This document shows positions 1 through 9,484 of a stretch of 61,347 nt of DNA, piece by piece (within the stretch, counting starts at the first letter, position 1; each line of letters begins with the position of its first letter). Position numbers and translations under genes: made by a program. The DNA is taken from IMG/VR virus record IMGVR_UViG_3300021519_000010, positions 1-61,347 of that record; one strand, written 5' to 3'. The DNA comes from a virus. Its lineage: Duplodnaviria; Caudoviricetes. The notes beneath the pieces are model-generated. The model was not told the origin of the DNA and ran no database searches. It was given only the letters and a program-made list of their open reading frames with translations.

Positions 1-14
1 CGACATGGCCTGCC

Positions 15-272
15 GTGTTCAACTACGTCGAGAGAAACCATTATGCGTCTGATCCGCAGTTCTGGAAGCGGTTTTTGGACTCGTGCAGCAAGAAGATCAA
101 AACTCCCGTAAAGCTGCACATGGATCGACACGGCAGGCTGCTCTGTATCGACGGCCACCACCGGGTATGGGCTGCCGTGAAGCTTAGTCTTACAAGCCTG
201 CCGGTTGTTTTCACCGAGCGATTGAAGCAGCCACACCCGTCAGAGCTGACTGAACGCGGTGTAATTATCTAA
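15..272 (+). CDS. ParB/Srx-like domain protein (possibly 5'-truncated by window edge)
   Basis: PVKL...LLCIDGHHRVWAA..L.L..LPV matches the ParB N-terminal DGHHR motif; ends in ELTE|RG like the leader family. Confidence 0.65.
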   Translation: MFNYVERNHYASDPQFWKRFLDSCSKKIKTPVKLHMDRHGRLLCIDGHHRVWAAVKLSLTSLPVVFTERLKQPHPSELTERGVII

Positions 273-281
273 GTATCTCAT

Positions 282-338
282 ATGAATCCAACCACATTTG
301 TGCAGCTGACTGAAGCCGGGCGGATGGCTGAAGGGTAA
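282..338 (+). pseudogene. Stranded capsid-targeting-like leader peptide MNPTTFVQLTE|AGRMAEG, out of frame with ORF 362
   Basis: Translated by eye; matches the leader consensus; stops after 18 aa. Confidence 0.5.
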
Positions 339-361
339 CCCGATCAAGTTCCTTAAGGGTT

Positions 362-1348
362 ATGCCAAGCGCAACCGTAAGTGACGGGACCATCGGACAC
401 CCCGGCAAAGAGGTGGTCAGGCGGGGGACGGCTGACAACACGGAACACGTTATCCTAACTGCTGACGGCAGGCACATTGCCACCGGCGGCGGAGATGACG
501 CTGGGTCTGCGAACATTCCAGCGCACTCGGAACACGAAAACGTGGAGGTTCATCACAACCATCCGGACAACAGCGGGTTCAGCTTCCAGGATGTGCAGGT
601 GTTTGCCAAATACCCACGCGTTAGCAAGGTTCACGCATACACACATGACGGCGTGGCGCACTCAATGGAGGTTGTGGGAGATCGAGACGCACTTTACCGC
701 CGGAGCCGGGAGTTGCAGTATGCGGTCAGCGACAAGGTGCACGAGTTCGCGTTGCGGTTTCACGGTCCGGTTTCAGATGCGGACCGACAGGAGTATGATG
801 CCTTCCGAATCGCCGAGACGCAAAGGGCTATCCTGCAATTGCAGAAGGAAGGACTAATTGCGTTGTCAACCGGTGTAATGGAGCGCACGATGAGACCAGC
901 CCGTTTCATGCAGCTGACTGAACGCGGTGTCAAGCTGTATCACTCGTCCGGAGAGGTGTTCCCGAACGGCAAGCCGGAGTTTGATGCCTTCTACGGTGGT
1001 GAGCAGTTCATCAAAGACTTCCCCAACGAGTTCGGCCAGCACCTTTACCAGATCACCCTTCCGGCCAGCGCTCGCGTACTGGACCTGAACGCCGGTTCGC
1101 CGGAGGCACGGCAGTTCAAGGCTGAGATGGCTCAGATAACGTGGCCGGATGATACGGAATTCGCCGAGATGTTGCTGGCTGGAGACCCCGAGGCCGAGAC
1201 CGACTTCTACGAAACGTGGACCGACAAGCACACGACCCTGCGCGTGATGCAGAAGCACCCGGAGTACGCCGCCGTACGATATCAGGATGAGTACGTGGTG
1301 CCAGCGTCAACCACCAGCAAGCTGGTTGGGAAGAAGCTGCGGAGGTAG
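362..1348 (+). CDS. Two-domain protein: JAB/MPN-like domain, internal leader (890), ADP-ribosyltransferase-like domain
   Basis: E...HNHP...FS.QD motif; MRPARFMQLTE| at 890; then LYHSS...FY...FG.HLY.I.L....VLDL. Confidence 0.5.
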   Translation: MPSATVSDGTIGHPGKEVVRRGTADNTEHVILTADGRHIATGGGDDAGSANIPAHSEHENVEVHHNHPDNSGFSFQDVQVFAKYPRVSKVHAYTHDGVAHSMEVVGDRDALYRRSRELQYAVSDKVHEFALRFHGPVSDADRQEYDAFRIAETQRAILQLQKEGLIALSTGVMERTMRPARFMQLTERGVKLYHSSGEVFPNGKPEFDAFYGGEQFIKDFPNEFGQHLYQITLPASARVLDLNAGSPEARQFKAEMAQITWPDDTEFAEMLLAGDPEAETDFYETWTDKHTTLRVMQKHPEYAAVRYQDEYVVPASTTSKLVGKKLRR

Positions 1349-1678
1349 TTACCGGAAACCGAACTCGTCACACATGGGAACTATCGGATTCCGCGCCCGA
1401 GCAGCCGTGAGTGCGGAGGTGGCGGCATCGAATTCTTCGTCAGATTCAACCCAGACCTGACTGTCACCTTGCTTGAGCATCTGCATCAGCGTGGCGCGAA
1501 TGTGCTCTCGGATTTCAAATTCCTTGGCACGCGCCTCGGCTTCCGGAACGTCGCCGGGCTTCGCGCGTTCGTCAAGCGCCGCCTCGATGGACGGGAAAAC
1601 GTCAATGACTCGGTCGAAGATAATGTCGGTGGCGTTATCAACGGCGCAGTGGGAGATGGTGGCAGGTAGGAACGCTCG
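1349..1678 (-). pseudogene. Open frame of 109 codons lacking a canonical start near its 5' end
   Basis: Protein-like translation (..DNATDIIFDRVIDVFPSIEAALDE..CDEFGFR*); in-frame TGA at 1679-1681 lies within a degenerate early-promoter copy. Confidence 0.35.
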
Positions 1679-1695
1679 TCAAGTGGGTGTTGCAG

Positions 1696-2298
1696 TTATT
1701 CTCGGCGTGCCGACCGCAAGTGCTTGTTGAATGCTTTGATCATCTGCACAACATCAGCCTCGCTCAGGTCGGCACCACGCTTGACGATCAAGCGACGACC
1801 CACAAACATATACGGGGTCGTACCTCGGACAGTGGGGCCGGAGCGCTTGTTGGACTCCAGATACGCACGCTGCGCCGCTATGTCGCGTACTCCGGATGCC
1901 CCAAACACCTGCTTGGCCTGATGGTTGGTGAGGTGGCGAATATCCGTATTGAGAGTGGACGGGCCGTCTGCATGCACCACTAGCACTTCAACGGTCCGGC
2001 CATACAGCGACTTTTGCGTTGAGTACGGCATGCGAGCCAGTGCGGCTTCGCCTGGGAGACCAGAAGGAATAGCCAGCTCGGGAAGCAGTTGTTTGCGGCC
2101 AATGCGTTCCAGCATGTGCAGCACCTCCATGCTGAGACGGGTGTCCGCTTCGTGGAGATCGTTAAGGACGAGCTGCCCATCATCCAGTTGCTGGACGAGG
2201 AGAGTGGCGGCATCATGAATGCACTTGATCCCCTGTGCCATTAGGCTGGTGATCTGCTGTGCGATGCTGGTGATGTTGGAGTCGAGCGATGGTGTCAT
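1696..2298 (-). CDS. Hypothetical protein
   Basis: ORF; start MTPSLDS follows a CA-rich leader. Confidence 0.6.
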   Translation of the reverse strand: MTPSLDSNITSIAQQITSLMAQGIKCIHDAATLLVQQLDDGQLVLNDLHEADTRLSMEVLHMLERIGRKQLLPELAIPSGLPGEAALARMPYSTQKSLYGRTVEVLVVHADGPSTLNTDIRHLTNHQAKQVFGASGVRDIAAQRAYLESNKRSGPTVRGTTPYMFVGRRLIVKRGADLSEADVVQMIKAFNKHLRSARRE

Positions 2299-3268
2299 GG
2301 ACTTGCAGTATGGTTGGTTGTGGTTGGAGAGGATTAAGACTTCCGTGCTGGCAAACACACTTAACGGTGTCTGGCGTCCACACTCGGATGCGACTGGTTG
2401 GGCGAATAGTTGGTACGCCACGGCTGTTGAACTCGGCTGCAATGGCGGTGTAGGCTGCCCACTTAGACGACTGTGGCTGCAGCATCTGCAACACTGAGCG
2501 TAATTCAATCAGCGCTGCAGATGTGCGCATCGCCATGGCCTGGCGACGGGCCACTGCTGCATTGCTGTAGTTGCGTGTCTTGCCACGTCTTCTGGATGTG
2601 GAAATGGTCGCGTAGTTAATGCGGCAGTAAGCCATAACCTGGTCATGTGTGAAATGTGGGTGGGCTACCCATCGACATTGTACCCCGGTCTGCCTGCAGA
2701 TGTCCTCCAGCGCTTGCAGTACCTGCATTTGACTGGCCAGACGTGTGATGGTTGGGAGGTGAACAATGGCAGGGGTCAAAACGGCTGCGCAGTGTACTGC
2801 CTCAGCAATTACCTCCACATCGTGTACGGTTATACCGCGTCCGCCCACTGCGATGCGATGCTCGTAATCTCCAAATTTAGCAAACTCGCTTGGACGGGTC
2901 ACGATAAGCAGGTGTTGTGTTGCGTCATCGCGGCCCGGAACCAACGGCGTATGTGATTCGAACCCCGCATGCGGAACCAGTTCTCGGACGCATGCTAATG
3001 CAGTCATAGCCGGATCGAGGCGCACGCCTTTAAATCCGCGCTTAAACGTGCCACCGCGCTTGATATCGTGTCTTTTGCACACACCATACCGAAGCTCCAC
3101 GGCATGTGCAAGTCTGATGGATAGAATAACCTCGCTGACCTTGTGAGCACCGGGACGATTATTGTACGCCTTGACCAGTTCGGCCATGGTGACGGTGGAT
3201 TCGGCGCAGCGTTGCGTATGCTGTTGAACGAACTGCTCAGTTGCGCGTGGCCTGACTCGAATGTGCAT
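2213..3268 (-). CDS. Divergent serine resolvase/recombinase-like protein with N-terminal extension
   Basis: IVTRPS (cf. IYxRVS), ITRLAS, YTAIAAEFNSRGVPT..WTPDTV recombinase HTH; leaderless promoter upstream. Confidence 0.5.
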   Translation of the reverse strand: MHIRVRPRATEQFVQQHTQRCAESTVTMAELVKAYNNRPGAHKVSEVILSIRLAHAVELRYGVCKRHDIKRGGTFKRGFKGVRLDPAMTALACVRELVPHAGFESHTPLVPGRDDATQHLLIVTRPSEFAKFGDYEHRIAVGGRGITVHDVEVIAEAVHCAAVLTPAIVHLPTITRLASQMQVLQALEDICRQTGVQCRWVAHPHFTHDQVMAYCRINYATISTSRRRGKTRNYSNAAVARRQAMAMRTSAALIELRSVLQMLQPQSSKWAAYTAIAAEFNSRGVPTIRPTSRIRVWTPDTVKCVCQHGSLNPLQPQPTILQVHDTIARLQHHQHRTADHQPNGTGDQVHS

Positions 3269-3657
3269 GGGCGAACAGTAGCAGAAGAACGCACGCTTGT
3301 CAAGTGGTCGGCAATTGCTTCCGCACCCGCATGATGAACTTTGGCCTTGCGAACATCGATATCATTATCGGAGCCGCGCAGCACGAACGGCACCGTGAAC
3401 ACTCTTCCAGACAGCTCGCTGAACCGCCCATCAGCCTCGGCCTGCTCGTAAAACTCAACCGCATCGTGCTTGGTGCAGGTGCTCACAACCGTAACCGGTA
3501 CGGGCTGGGCTGGTGGGCGCACGTAACATCGGCGGATGCGACGCGGTCGTCCTCCTTGCCCGTATATGCGAACCTCGCCATCCTTGGGTGTGTTGCCGAC
3601 GTACGGCCTCAACCACCCGTCTGCTGCCGCTGCTTCAACCGTGGTGTGGTAGATCAT
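3004..3657 (-). CDS. Hypothetical protein (3' end overlaps next gene)
   Basis: ORF in minus-strand gene train. Confidence 0.4.
   Translation of the reverse strand: MIYHTTVEAAAADGWLRPYVGNTPKDGEVRIYGQGGRPRRIRRCYVRPPAQPVPVTVVSTCTKHDAVEFYEQAEADGRFSELSGRVFTVPFVLRGSDNDIDVRKAKVHHAGAEAIADHLTSVRSSATVRPCTFESGHAQLSSSFNSIRNAAPNPPSPWPNWSRRTIIVPVLTRSARLFYPSDLHMPWSFGMVCAKDTISSAVARLSADLKACASIRL
3275..3303 (-). promoter_or_regulatory. Early sigma70-type promoter, leaderless
   Basis: TTGACA-17-TACTGT-6-ATG(3268). Confidence 0.8.
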
Positions 3658-3935
3658 GCTGGAAGTCCTTGGGTGTGAGCGTAGCCCGGCCCGGTTTTCA
3701 CCCCAAATAAAGTTAACAGACCGCCCTGACAGGTTATGCGTCCGTCGAAGTTCACACCGTCATTGCGAACCAAGTCCAGCCGCACATCATACCCGTCGAC
3801 TGTGAGGCTGCGGGAGGCAATAAACGGGCGAGTATATAGCATAATGGGGTGTGAATTAAGTGGGTCATCTACCTCCGTGCTGGAGTCCGTCACGCCCGGC
3901 AGCTACGAGCTGGTTACAACGGGGTGATCGTCTAG

Positions 3936-4160
3936 TTACCGGCCAAGAAACACGTCCCAGCCGGGCCAACCCTTGTCCTTGTAGTGCATGTCTGGGTGGC
4001 TGGGGAGCTTCGGGTCAGTCATAGATACCCGACGATCAAGTGTGGCTGGTTTGTGCAGAGCCAGCTTGCACCGGTCCTCCGATAGAGGGAGCGCTCCGGC
4101 GAGCGCCGTTATGATGGCCAGTAGTTGCCAACCCTCATGCTCGGTGGGCTTACATACCAC
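3936..4160 (-). CDS. Small protein with integrase-repeat-like motif
   Basis: LPSHPDMHYKDKGWPGWDVFLG resembles the P..Y...GW.GW..FLG repeat unit. Confidence 0.45.
   Translation of the reverse strand: MVCKPTEHEGWQLLAIITALAGALPLSEDRCKLALHKPATLDRRVSMTDPKLPSHPDMHYKDKGWPGWDVFLGR
4131..4154. repeat. 24-bp direct repeat, copy 1
   Basis: ACCCTCATGCTCGGTGGGCTTACA identical to 5051-5074. Confidence 0.9.
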
Positions 4161-4184
4161 AATACAATTAAGAACGCCTCCGAC

Positions 4185-4982
4185 CTAGCGCCTCGTAATG
4201 CCCGGAGGCAGCTCGGTGTAGCAGGCCTTGGACTCCATGGCCTTGGCTCGGCGAATGGCCTCATCGAGGCGGGGGTAAATGCGGTCGCGACATCCCTGCG
4301 CCACGGCCTTGCGCACCTCCACAATCAGCGTAATGAGCTTCTCGCGCAGGATCTGGTTGGACTCCAGCTGGATGTTATGCGTGATCAGGCAATCTGCCGC
4401 CCACACCCGTTCGCTCTTGCCGCCGTTGTCGGAGCGGATGAGCGTCTTGCTGACAAGGAGCAGTTCGCTGAACAGTTCCTGTTGCAGGGCTTCGATGCTC
4501 TTGCGCTGCCCACGAGGCGTTGGGTTTTCCGTATCTGCTCCAATGATCGTACCATCACCCCAGACGCGGATGTCGTCGTCCGTACCAGCACCGGGCTCCG
4601 GCGGGGCGTAGTACCGCTGCAGAAACTGCTGGCAGATGGTCATGTTGTTTGCGCCATCGGCCCCGGACAGGATGATACACCGGTCGATGACACCTCCTCC
4701 GACGCGGCGGCGCTCGATATGCAGGCCAAGACCATGACCACCGCAGGCGTCTCCGTGTGCCTTCAAGTCACCGTCATGGAGTTGCTTATCTTCAATAACC
4801 GGTTGATGCGTCCCCTTCCGGATAAGGGCGCGGATGGTGCGGACCCGGACAGCCTGTGCTTTGCTGGCAGCCCATGGTGCCTGGTTTTGCAGGAGGACCA
4901 GTGCGATGTTGTGTTGACGGTGATCCCGCGTAGTTTCAGGGATCAGTGTGAGTTGCATGGTGTTCAGTTTGTTTGGCTTCAT
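4185..4982 (-). CDS. Hypothetical protein
   Basis: 265-aa ORF between the 24-bp repeats. Confidence 0.65.
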   Translation of the reverse strand: MKPNKLNTMQLTLIPETTRDHRQHNIALVLLQNQAPWAASKAQAVRVRTIRALIRKGTHQPVIEDKQLHDGDLKAHGDACGGHGLGLHIERRRVGGGVIDRCIILSGADGANNMTICQQFLQRYYAPPEPGAGTDDDIRVWGDGTIIGADTENPTPRGQRKSIEALQQELFSELLLVSKTLIRSDNGGKSERVWAADCLITHNIQLESNQILREKLITLIVEVRKAVAQGCRDRIYPRLDEAIRRAKAMESKACYTELPPGITRR

Positions 4983-5050
4983 TTGGTTTGTTTTAAGTGC
5001 CTCAATGTGATGGGTGTGTTATAGCAGTCAACAAGGAATGCACATGTAGT

Positions 5051-5074
5051 ACCCTCATGCTCGGTGGGCTTACA
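5051..5074. repeat. 24-bp direct repeat, copy 2
   Basis: Identical to 4131-4154. Confidence 0.9.
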
Positions 5075-5087
5075 GATCGCTCAAGTA

Positions 5088-6557
5088 TCATAGCTCGGTG
5101 GAGGTGGCGGAAAGGTACTCGACGTACCATGAATCCAGCTTGATCACGGCAGCCGTGTGCAGGGCCTCAACATGGTGCACGAAAGCCTCGTCGTGGTATT
5201 GATGCGCGCGGTGGGCGATCTCGTGCGCGGCGAGCCTCAGCAGTTCAAAGAACAGCGTTTTCGGGTCGTAGGAGCGGGCGTGCAGCGGGTTGATCTGCAG
5301 GACGGATACTCCGTCAGCATTTTTGCTGTGGCAGGCCTCCATCTCCGGGTTCAGCGTCCAGCCGATAACCCACGACATATCATGCAGTACTGGGGCGTTG
5401 GCAGCAATGATGAGCTGGCAGCACCGCTTCCACAGGCGGGCGAGGCGGTTCTGGCGCTTACCCCATGCGTCGGGGCGGAGCCACTTGGGAAGCGTCAGGC
5501 GCGGGCCAAGGTCAACCACGAAGTCGTCCGAGTTGAATCCGGTCGTCATGACGGTGGTCTCTAGCTTCTTGCCATCCTTGGAGGTCTGGGCCGGTGCAGG
5601 AGTGACCATCATCGGCTTTATCGTCTCCATGAGGCGATTCAGTGTCTCGGGATCAATCACGCTCCGGTGAATGATGTGATCCAGGTTATCCGTGCCTCGG
5701 GCCGCAACTGCTTCGAGGACCGGTGGCTTCGGCTTGCCGAGGAATATGACCTGCCGTTCGACACTGGCCCGGTCGAAGGTCTTCTTGTCCACGCTCAGCT
5801 CGTAGATCAGCTCCTGAAAGCTCTGCCCCACGGTGTAGGCGAACCCATCCCGGTTCGCGGACAGCACGTCAACGGTCTTGCCAGTGATCTCGACCACGAC
5901 CTGCATCTTGCTGGAGCCGATCCAGTGCTTGAACATCGTTACACCGTTGGCACGGATGATTGCGTATGGGCAGGCTTCTGGTGTGCGGCGCGTATACACT
6001 CGGCCCCACGGCATCTCGCGAACCAGCTTGCCACACTTGAATGGCGCGATCCGGGTGTCGTTCACGTAGACTGCTGCTGCAGCTTCGCAGGTCATAAGAT
6101 AATCCTTGGCCTTTTGCACGAAGCGGTCATGGTTGAACTCATAGTCCTCGTGAAACATCACCGTGATCGACGTGCCGACATGTGGCGCATGGTCGCGTGT
6201 TATCGAGTACTGCAGGTGCTTGCCGTCCACCTGGATCGTACCAGTGCGGATGCAGTAAAACTCGTGTTGGAAAAGGATTATCTCTTTGGCCACCCCAAAT
6301 CCACCGACTGCTCCGGCATCCTTTACCGACCCGCTGTAGGTTAGCAGGCCGTCCCGCACCACTTGCTCGGTCATGCCACGTCCGTTATCCGTGACCCGCA
6401 GTGTTCCGATGTCCGTAACGGTGATGCGAATCTCAGTTGCTCCGGCATCCACAGAATTCTGTACCACCTCGCGGATAATGGCTGTGTCCGGGTCGCCGTA
6501 GAAGCGCTTGACGGATTTGCTGAAGTGGGAGGCCGGAATGGAAACTTGGAGAAGCAT
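5088..6557 (-). CDS. GHKL (Hsp90/MORC-like) ATPase with C-terminal HExxH zincin-like motif
   Basis: IREVVQNSVDA, DNGRGM, GGFGVA; AAHEIAH near the C-terminus. Confidence 0.75.
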   Translation of the reverse strand: MLLQVSIPASHFSKSVKRFYGDPDTAIIREVVQNSVDAGATEIRITVTDIGTLRVTDNGRGMTEQVVRDGLLTYSGSVKDAGAVGGFGVAKEIILFQHEFYCIRTGTIQVDGKHLQYSITRDHAPHVGTSITVMFHEDYEFNHDRFVQKAKDYLMTCEAAAAVYVNDTRIAPFKCGKLVREMPWGRVYTRRTPEACPYAIIRANGVTMFKHWIGSSKMQVVVEITGKTVDVLSANRDGFAYTVGQSFQELIYELSVDKKTFDRASVERQVIFLGKPKPPVLEAVAARGTDNLDHIIHRSVIDPETLNRLMETIKPMMVTPAPAQTSKDGKKLETTVMTTGFNSDDFVVDLGPRLTLPKWLRPDAWGKRQNRLARLWKRCCQLIIAANAPVLHDMSWVIGWTLNPEMEACHSKNADGVSVLQINPLHARSYDPKTLFFELLRLAAHEIAHRAHQYHDEAFVHHVEALHTAAVIKLDSWYVEYLSATSTEL

Positions 6558-6563
6558 GGGCGA

Positions 6564-6592
6564 ACATTAGCAGAGAAATGAACGCCTGTCAA
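6564..6592 (-). promoter_or_regulatory. Early promoter, leaderless
   Basis: TTGACA-17-TAATGT-6-ATG(6557). Confidence 0.85.
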
Positions 6593-6609
6593 GTGGTTGT
6601 CCAGAGGTG

Positions 6610-7050
6610 TCAGTGTGTAGCGGACATACTCGTTGTCCTTTCATGCCACTCCCAGATTGAGAGTGCCAAGTTTTGTTTGCTTGGCATGGTTCGGCAGAAG
6701 ACTTCGGCGCGTTGGGCGGCGGTGGCGGAGCGCAACGCTCCACACATTTGCTCAAACTCTATTGTTGCACTTCCACCTTCGGTGAAGAAAGGGATTTCGC
6801 GGTTGAATCCCAGAAGGATTAACAGTCGTCCGCTGTATTCTCGTGACTGCGCGTCTGTCAGCACCTTCTCCGCCTCGTGCATGGCATTGAGGTCGCAGAG
6901 GTAGTCGGGGAGGACGTCGATATCGTCAGAATACACGGCTGCGCCTTTTGGCGGTTGCCAGCCTTCACATTGGCCGTCTGGTTCAGACCATGTGAAACGT
7001 GTCCACCCACACGCCTCCGCTATCGCGATTCGTTGAGTTTCGGGGGTCAT
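6610..7050 (-). CDS. Phage hypothetical protein (ABA-sandwich-like family)
   Basis: IAEACGW...PDYLCDLNAMHEAEK...ATAAQRAE. Confidence 0.55.
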   Translation of the reverse strand: MTPETQRIAIAEACGWTRFTWSEPDGQCEGWQPPKGAAVYSDDIDVLPDYLCDLNAMHEAEKVLTDAQSREYSGRLLILLGFNREIPFFTEGGSATIEFEQMCGALRSATAAQRAEVFCRTMPSKQNLALSIWEWHERTTSMSATH

Positions 7051-7430
7051 CGTGATGCCTCCCATTGTTCGCAGAGGGTGGTGAGAGTGCGAAGCGCAAT
7101 CTTGCGTTCAGTTTTATCCTCCGCGCTGTCGTTATACCATGCAATCGCTTGCATCGCCGTCTTGAGACAGCGCAGGGAATTGGGCAGGAGCGTGCGGGAG
7201 GTGGCGATGAAGGCAACATCGTGTTCTGCGTCGTTAACTCTGCCGACAGTTGCAACGTGCGTTTCGGTGAGTGTATCTGATGCGACATTTTGCCGGACTC
7301 CAATCCAACCGGGAGGCCACTCGGCAGTAATGTATTGCGTCCACGGCCCCGGCGTTGCCTTCTTCGCTACTTCCAGCGCGGCGTCAATCTGTTGCAGCAC
7401 GAGGGCGCAACGGTCGGTGATGTTTTTCAT
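7047..7430 (-). CDS. Phage hypothetical protein (Ead/Ea22-like motif)
   Basis: KATPGPW...DVAFIA. Confidence 0.5.
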   Translation of the reverse strand: MKNITDRCALVLQQIDAALEVAKKATPGPWTQYITAEWPPGWIGVRQNVASDTLTETHVATVGRVNDAEHDVAFIATSRTLLPNSLRCLKTAMQAIAWYNDSAEDKTERKIALRTLTTLCEQWEASR

Positions 7431-7467
7431 AGCGAGGTATGGTCAAGTAGTCGTTGTGAGATCGTTT

Positions 7468-7779
7468 TCATTTTTTCTTGGGTTGTGATCTGTGAGGTCT
7501 GAGTGATTCGAGCGTCGGCCACTCCTGTGCCAGCATCAGCTGTGTGCCGATAATATCGCGTTCGGTGGGTAGTGGCAAAGGTAGGTCATCCTCCGGTTCG
7601 ACTGGTATTGGCACCGGGGTTGTCGGAATGGGAGTTTGAATGACGGGGGTCGGAACCGGAATCGCCGCCTCCGGGGTCGGAAGCGTCTGAGGCGCATCCT
7701 TTGGGAAGGTGCACACCTGCCAGATGATGGCAACCCAGCACGCACTGATGGACGAAACTTTGAAGACAGTGTGGTTCAT
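7468..7779 (-). CDS. Hypothetical Pro-rich protein with hydrophobic N-terminus
   Basis: ORF directly behind an early promoter. Confidence 0.55.
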   Translation of the reverse strand: MNHTVFKVSSISACWVAIIWQVCTFPKDAPQTLPTPEAAIPVPTPVIQTPIPTTPVPIPVEPEDDLPLPLPTERDIIGTQLMLAQEWPTLESLRPHRSQPKKK

Positions 7780-7785
7780 GGTCTT

Positions 7786-7814
7786 ACGATAGCACAGTCA
7801 CGAGTTGCTGTCAA
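7786..7814 (-). promoter_or_regulatory. Early promoter, leaderless
   Basis: TTGACA-17-TATCGT-6-ATG(7779). Confidence 0.8.
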
Positions 7815-8773
7815 GTACTGCGAAGGTCTGGTACGCCAAAGCGGGTGCGCACCATCTCCCTAAACAGGATGGCGTTAAGGCCGTGGGTCGTCACGAATTC
7901 GTTAAGCCAGCGGTTGTACTCGTCCCGGACCCGGAAGGCCTGCGCCCGCTCCGCTTCCGTTGAAATGAGTGGCAGATTAACCACGCAGGCTCGCTGCACG
8001 TAGGTGGTCTCACGCATGCGCTTGATCGTCGGTCGACGCACGAAAGGTGAGATGAGGAGCTGGCTGACGTGGGCGGCGTTCTCGCGGGTGAGTGGATTGG
8101 TGCTGGGCTTGCTGTGCGGGTATGTGCGCTGGTGATGAGCAATAGCTGCCACCACCACCTGCCGTTGGATGCTTTCATGCAGCTCGCGCGTCTCGGTTGC
8201 CATTCGCATTGTGGTTGGCGGGTGCAGGCAGATGGTGCGGAGTCCGTGGACAAATCCAACCGTACGTTCCGTACCAAAAAGTTGCATGGTAACATACCCG
8301 AGCATAATGGGATCACCATATGCTGCGGCCACATCTTGGAACCGGAACCTCACATGCACTTGCGTGTTGTTCGTGATGGTGGTGCGGACGATGAAGGACT
8401 GCTCGGCTGCGCCAAGGAAGGTGATCAGTTGTTGCTGAGTAACCTCGGTTTCGAGATACCGGCGGCACTTGGCTTCATTTTCCGGACCGATGGTGACGCG
8501 GCGGCGTGGCTCGGTCAGTCCCAGTACCTTGCAGGCATCTCCGGTAGCTTTTTTGTCGCCATTTATAGCTTCTTCCATGCTTCCATGAATAGGTTGGAGC
8601 TTGATGCACAGCGCGCGAAGGATAATGTTGCGTAGCGTGTCTCGCGTGGTGATCCACGGGCGGTCGGCGGGCTTGGTGGCACATGTGGCAAGCATGGCCA
8701 CGGCGAGGTTATGGGCGCGGGCCTTCCGGCGTCCACCGCATGGGTTGTGGTCGTCTTCGGGGTAGAAGGTCAT
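7811..8773 (-). CDS. Hypothetical protein
   Basis: 320-aa ORF, coupled to neighbours. Confidence 0.6.
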   Translation of the reverse strand: MTFYPEDDHNPCGGRRKARAHNLAVAMLATCATKPADRPWITTRDTLRNIILRALCIKLQPIHGSMEEAINGDKKATGDACKVLGLTEPRRRVTIGPENEAKCRRYLETEVTQQQLITFLGAAEQSFIVRTTITNNTQVHVRFRFQDVAAAYGDPIMLGYVTMQLFGTERTVGFVHGLRTICLHPPTTMRMATETRELHESIQRQVVVAAIAHHQRTYPHSKPSTNPLTRENAAHVSQLLISPFVRRPTIKRMRETTYVQRACVVNLPLISTEAERAQAFRVRDEYNRWLNEFVTTHGLNAILFREMVRTRFGVPDLRST

Positions 8774-9000
8774 TTCCAGCCACCCCCTTTAAGCTGTACC
8801 GCATGCTTACCATCGATAGTGGCTTGAAACATTGCCTCGAATGGGTACGCTTCCTGCATGATACTGAAGAATGCTGCAGCATCTGCCTGCTTCTCGAAGA
8901 CGGCAGCGTGATACATGCATACCTCGGTGACTGGGCGTTTGAGTCCACCGAGCTCATGAGAGAGGTAGATGAAGTGCGCGAGTGTGAGAAACTCACTCAT
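8770..9000 (-). CDS. Hypothetical protein
   Basis: ORF with overlapping start and stop. Confidence 0.5.
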   Translation of the reverse strand: MSEFLTLAHFIYLSHELGGLKRPVTEVCMYHAAVFEKQADAAAFFSIMQEAYPFEAMFQATIDGKHAVQLKGGGWK

Positions 9001-9361
9001 AAAGACCCTCCTCAAGGCTGGGTTGCCTCATTCTAATGAAGGCCAGGCACCTGCTTAAGGCCGAGGCCTTCCTGACCGCGTTGAAGGAGGCGATCGTAGC
9101 GTCATTCGCGTGGCCGAGCTCCATCAGAAGATACCCTGTCAGTTGTTTCTGTTCAAACTCAGAAAGACCCTTCTCCCACGTCAGACACGCGTCGACGGAA
9201 GAGGCATAGTCCAGCAGTTCCACGGCAGTTGTCCCGGTCTTGTCGTCGGGCTTGGCGTAGATCCACGTATCATCGTTGTTCTGGTAAAGAGTGGTCTTAA
9301 CCCTGTCGAAGCCTGGAACCAGTATTGTGGCAATTGCTACGTTGACTTTGTGCTTGTTCAT
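8993..9361 (-). CDS. Phage hypothetical protein (similar pattern to 6610-7050)
   Basis: NVAIA...LDYASSVDAC...SALSRCLAFI. Confidence 0.55.
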   Translation of the reverse strand: MNKHKVNVAIATILVPGFDRVKTTLYQNNDDTWIYAKPDDKTGTTAVELLDYASSVDACLTWEKGLSEFEQKQLTGYLLMELGHANDATIASFNAVRKASALSRCLAFIRMRQPSLEEGLYE

Positions 9362-9365
9362 AGAA

Positions 9366-9431
9366 TTATTGGGTGAGCAGGGTGATATGCGCCTCATCCG
9401 CAGCGGCGAGGTCTTTGTTTCGTGTTTTCAT
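9366..9431 (-). CDS. 21-aa leaderless upstream peptide MKTRNKDLAAADEAHITLLTQ
   Basis: ATG 7 nt after a promoter -10 element; stop 4 nt before the next ATG. Confidence 0.45.
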   Translation of the reverse strand: MKTRNKDLAAADEAHITLLTQ

Positions 9432-9438
9432 TGTCGAT

Positions 9439-9467
9439 ACAATAACAGAAGAACGAACGCTTGTCAA
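9439..9467 (-). promoter_or_regulatory. Early promoter
   Basis: TTGACA-17-TATTGT-7-ATG(9431). Confidence 0.8.
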
Positions 9468-9484
9468 GTTGCGTTCCTACGAGT

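Noticed and set aside
1657-1683. 13th early promoter
   Set aside because: TTGACG with a 15-nt spacer, weak -10 and no ATG; at most a decayed copy.
5018-5046. Early promoter for the 4982 gene
   Set aside because: TGC-TATAAC is present but there is no TTGACA at 17 nt.
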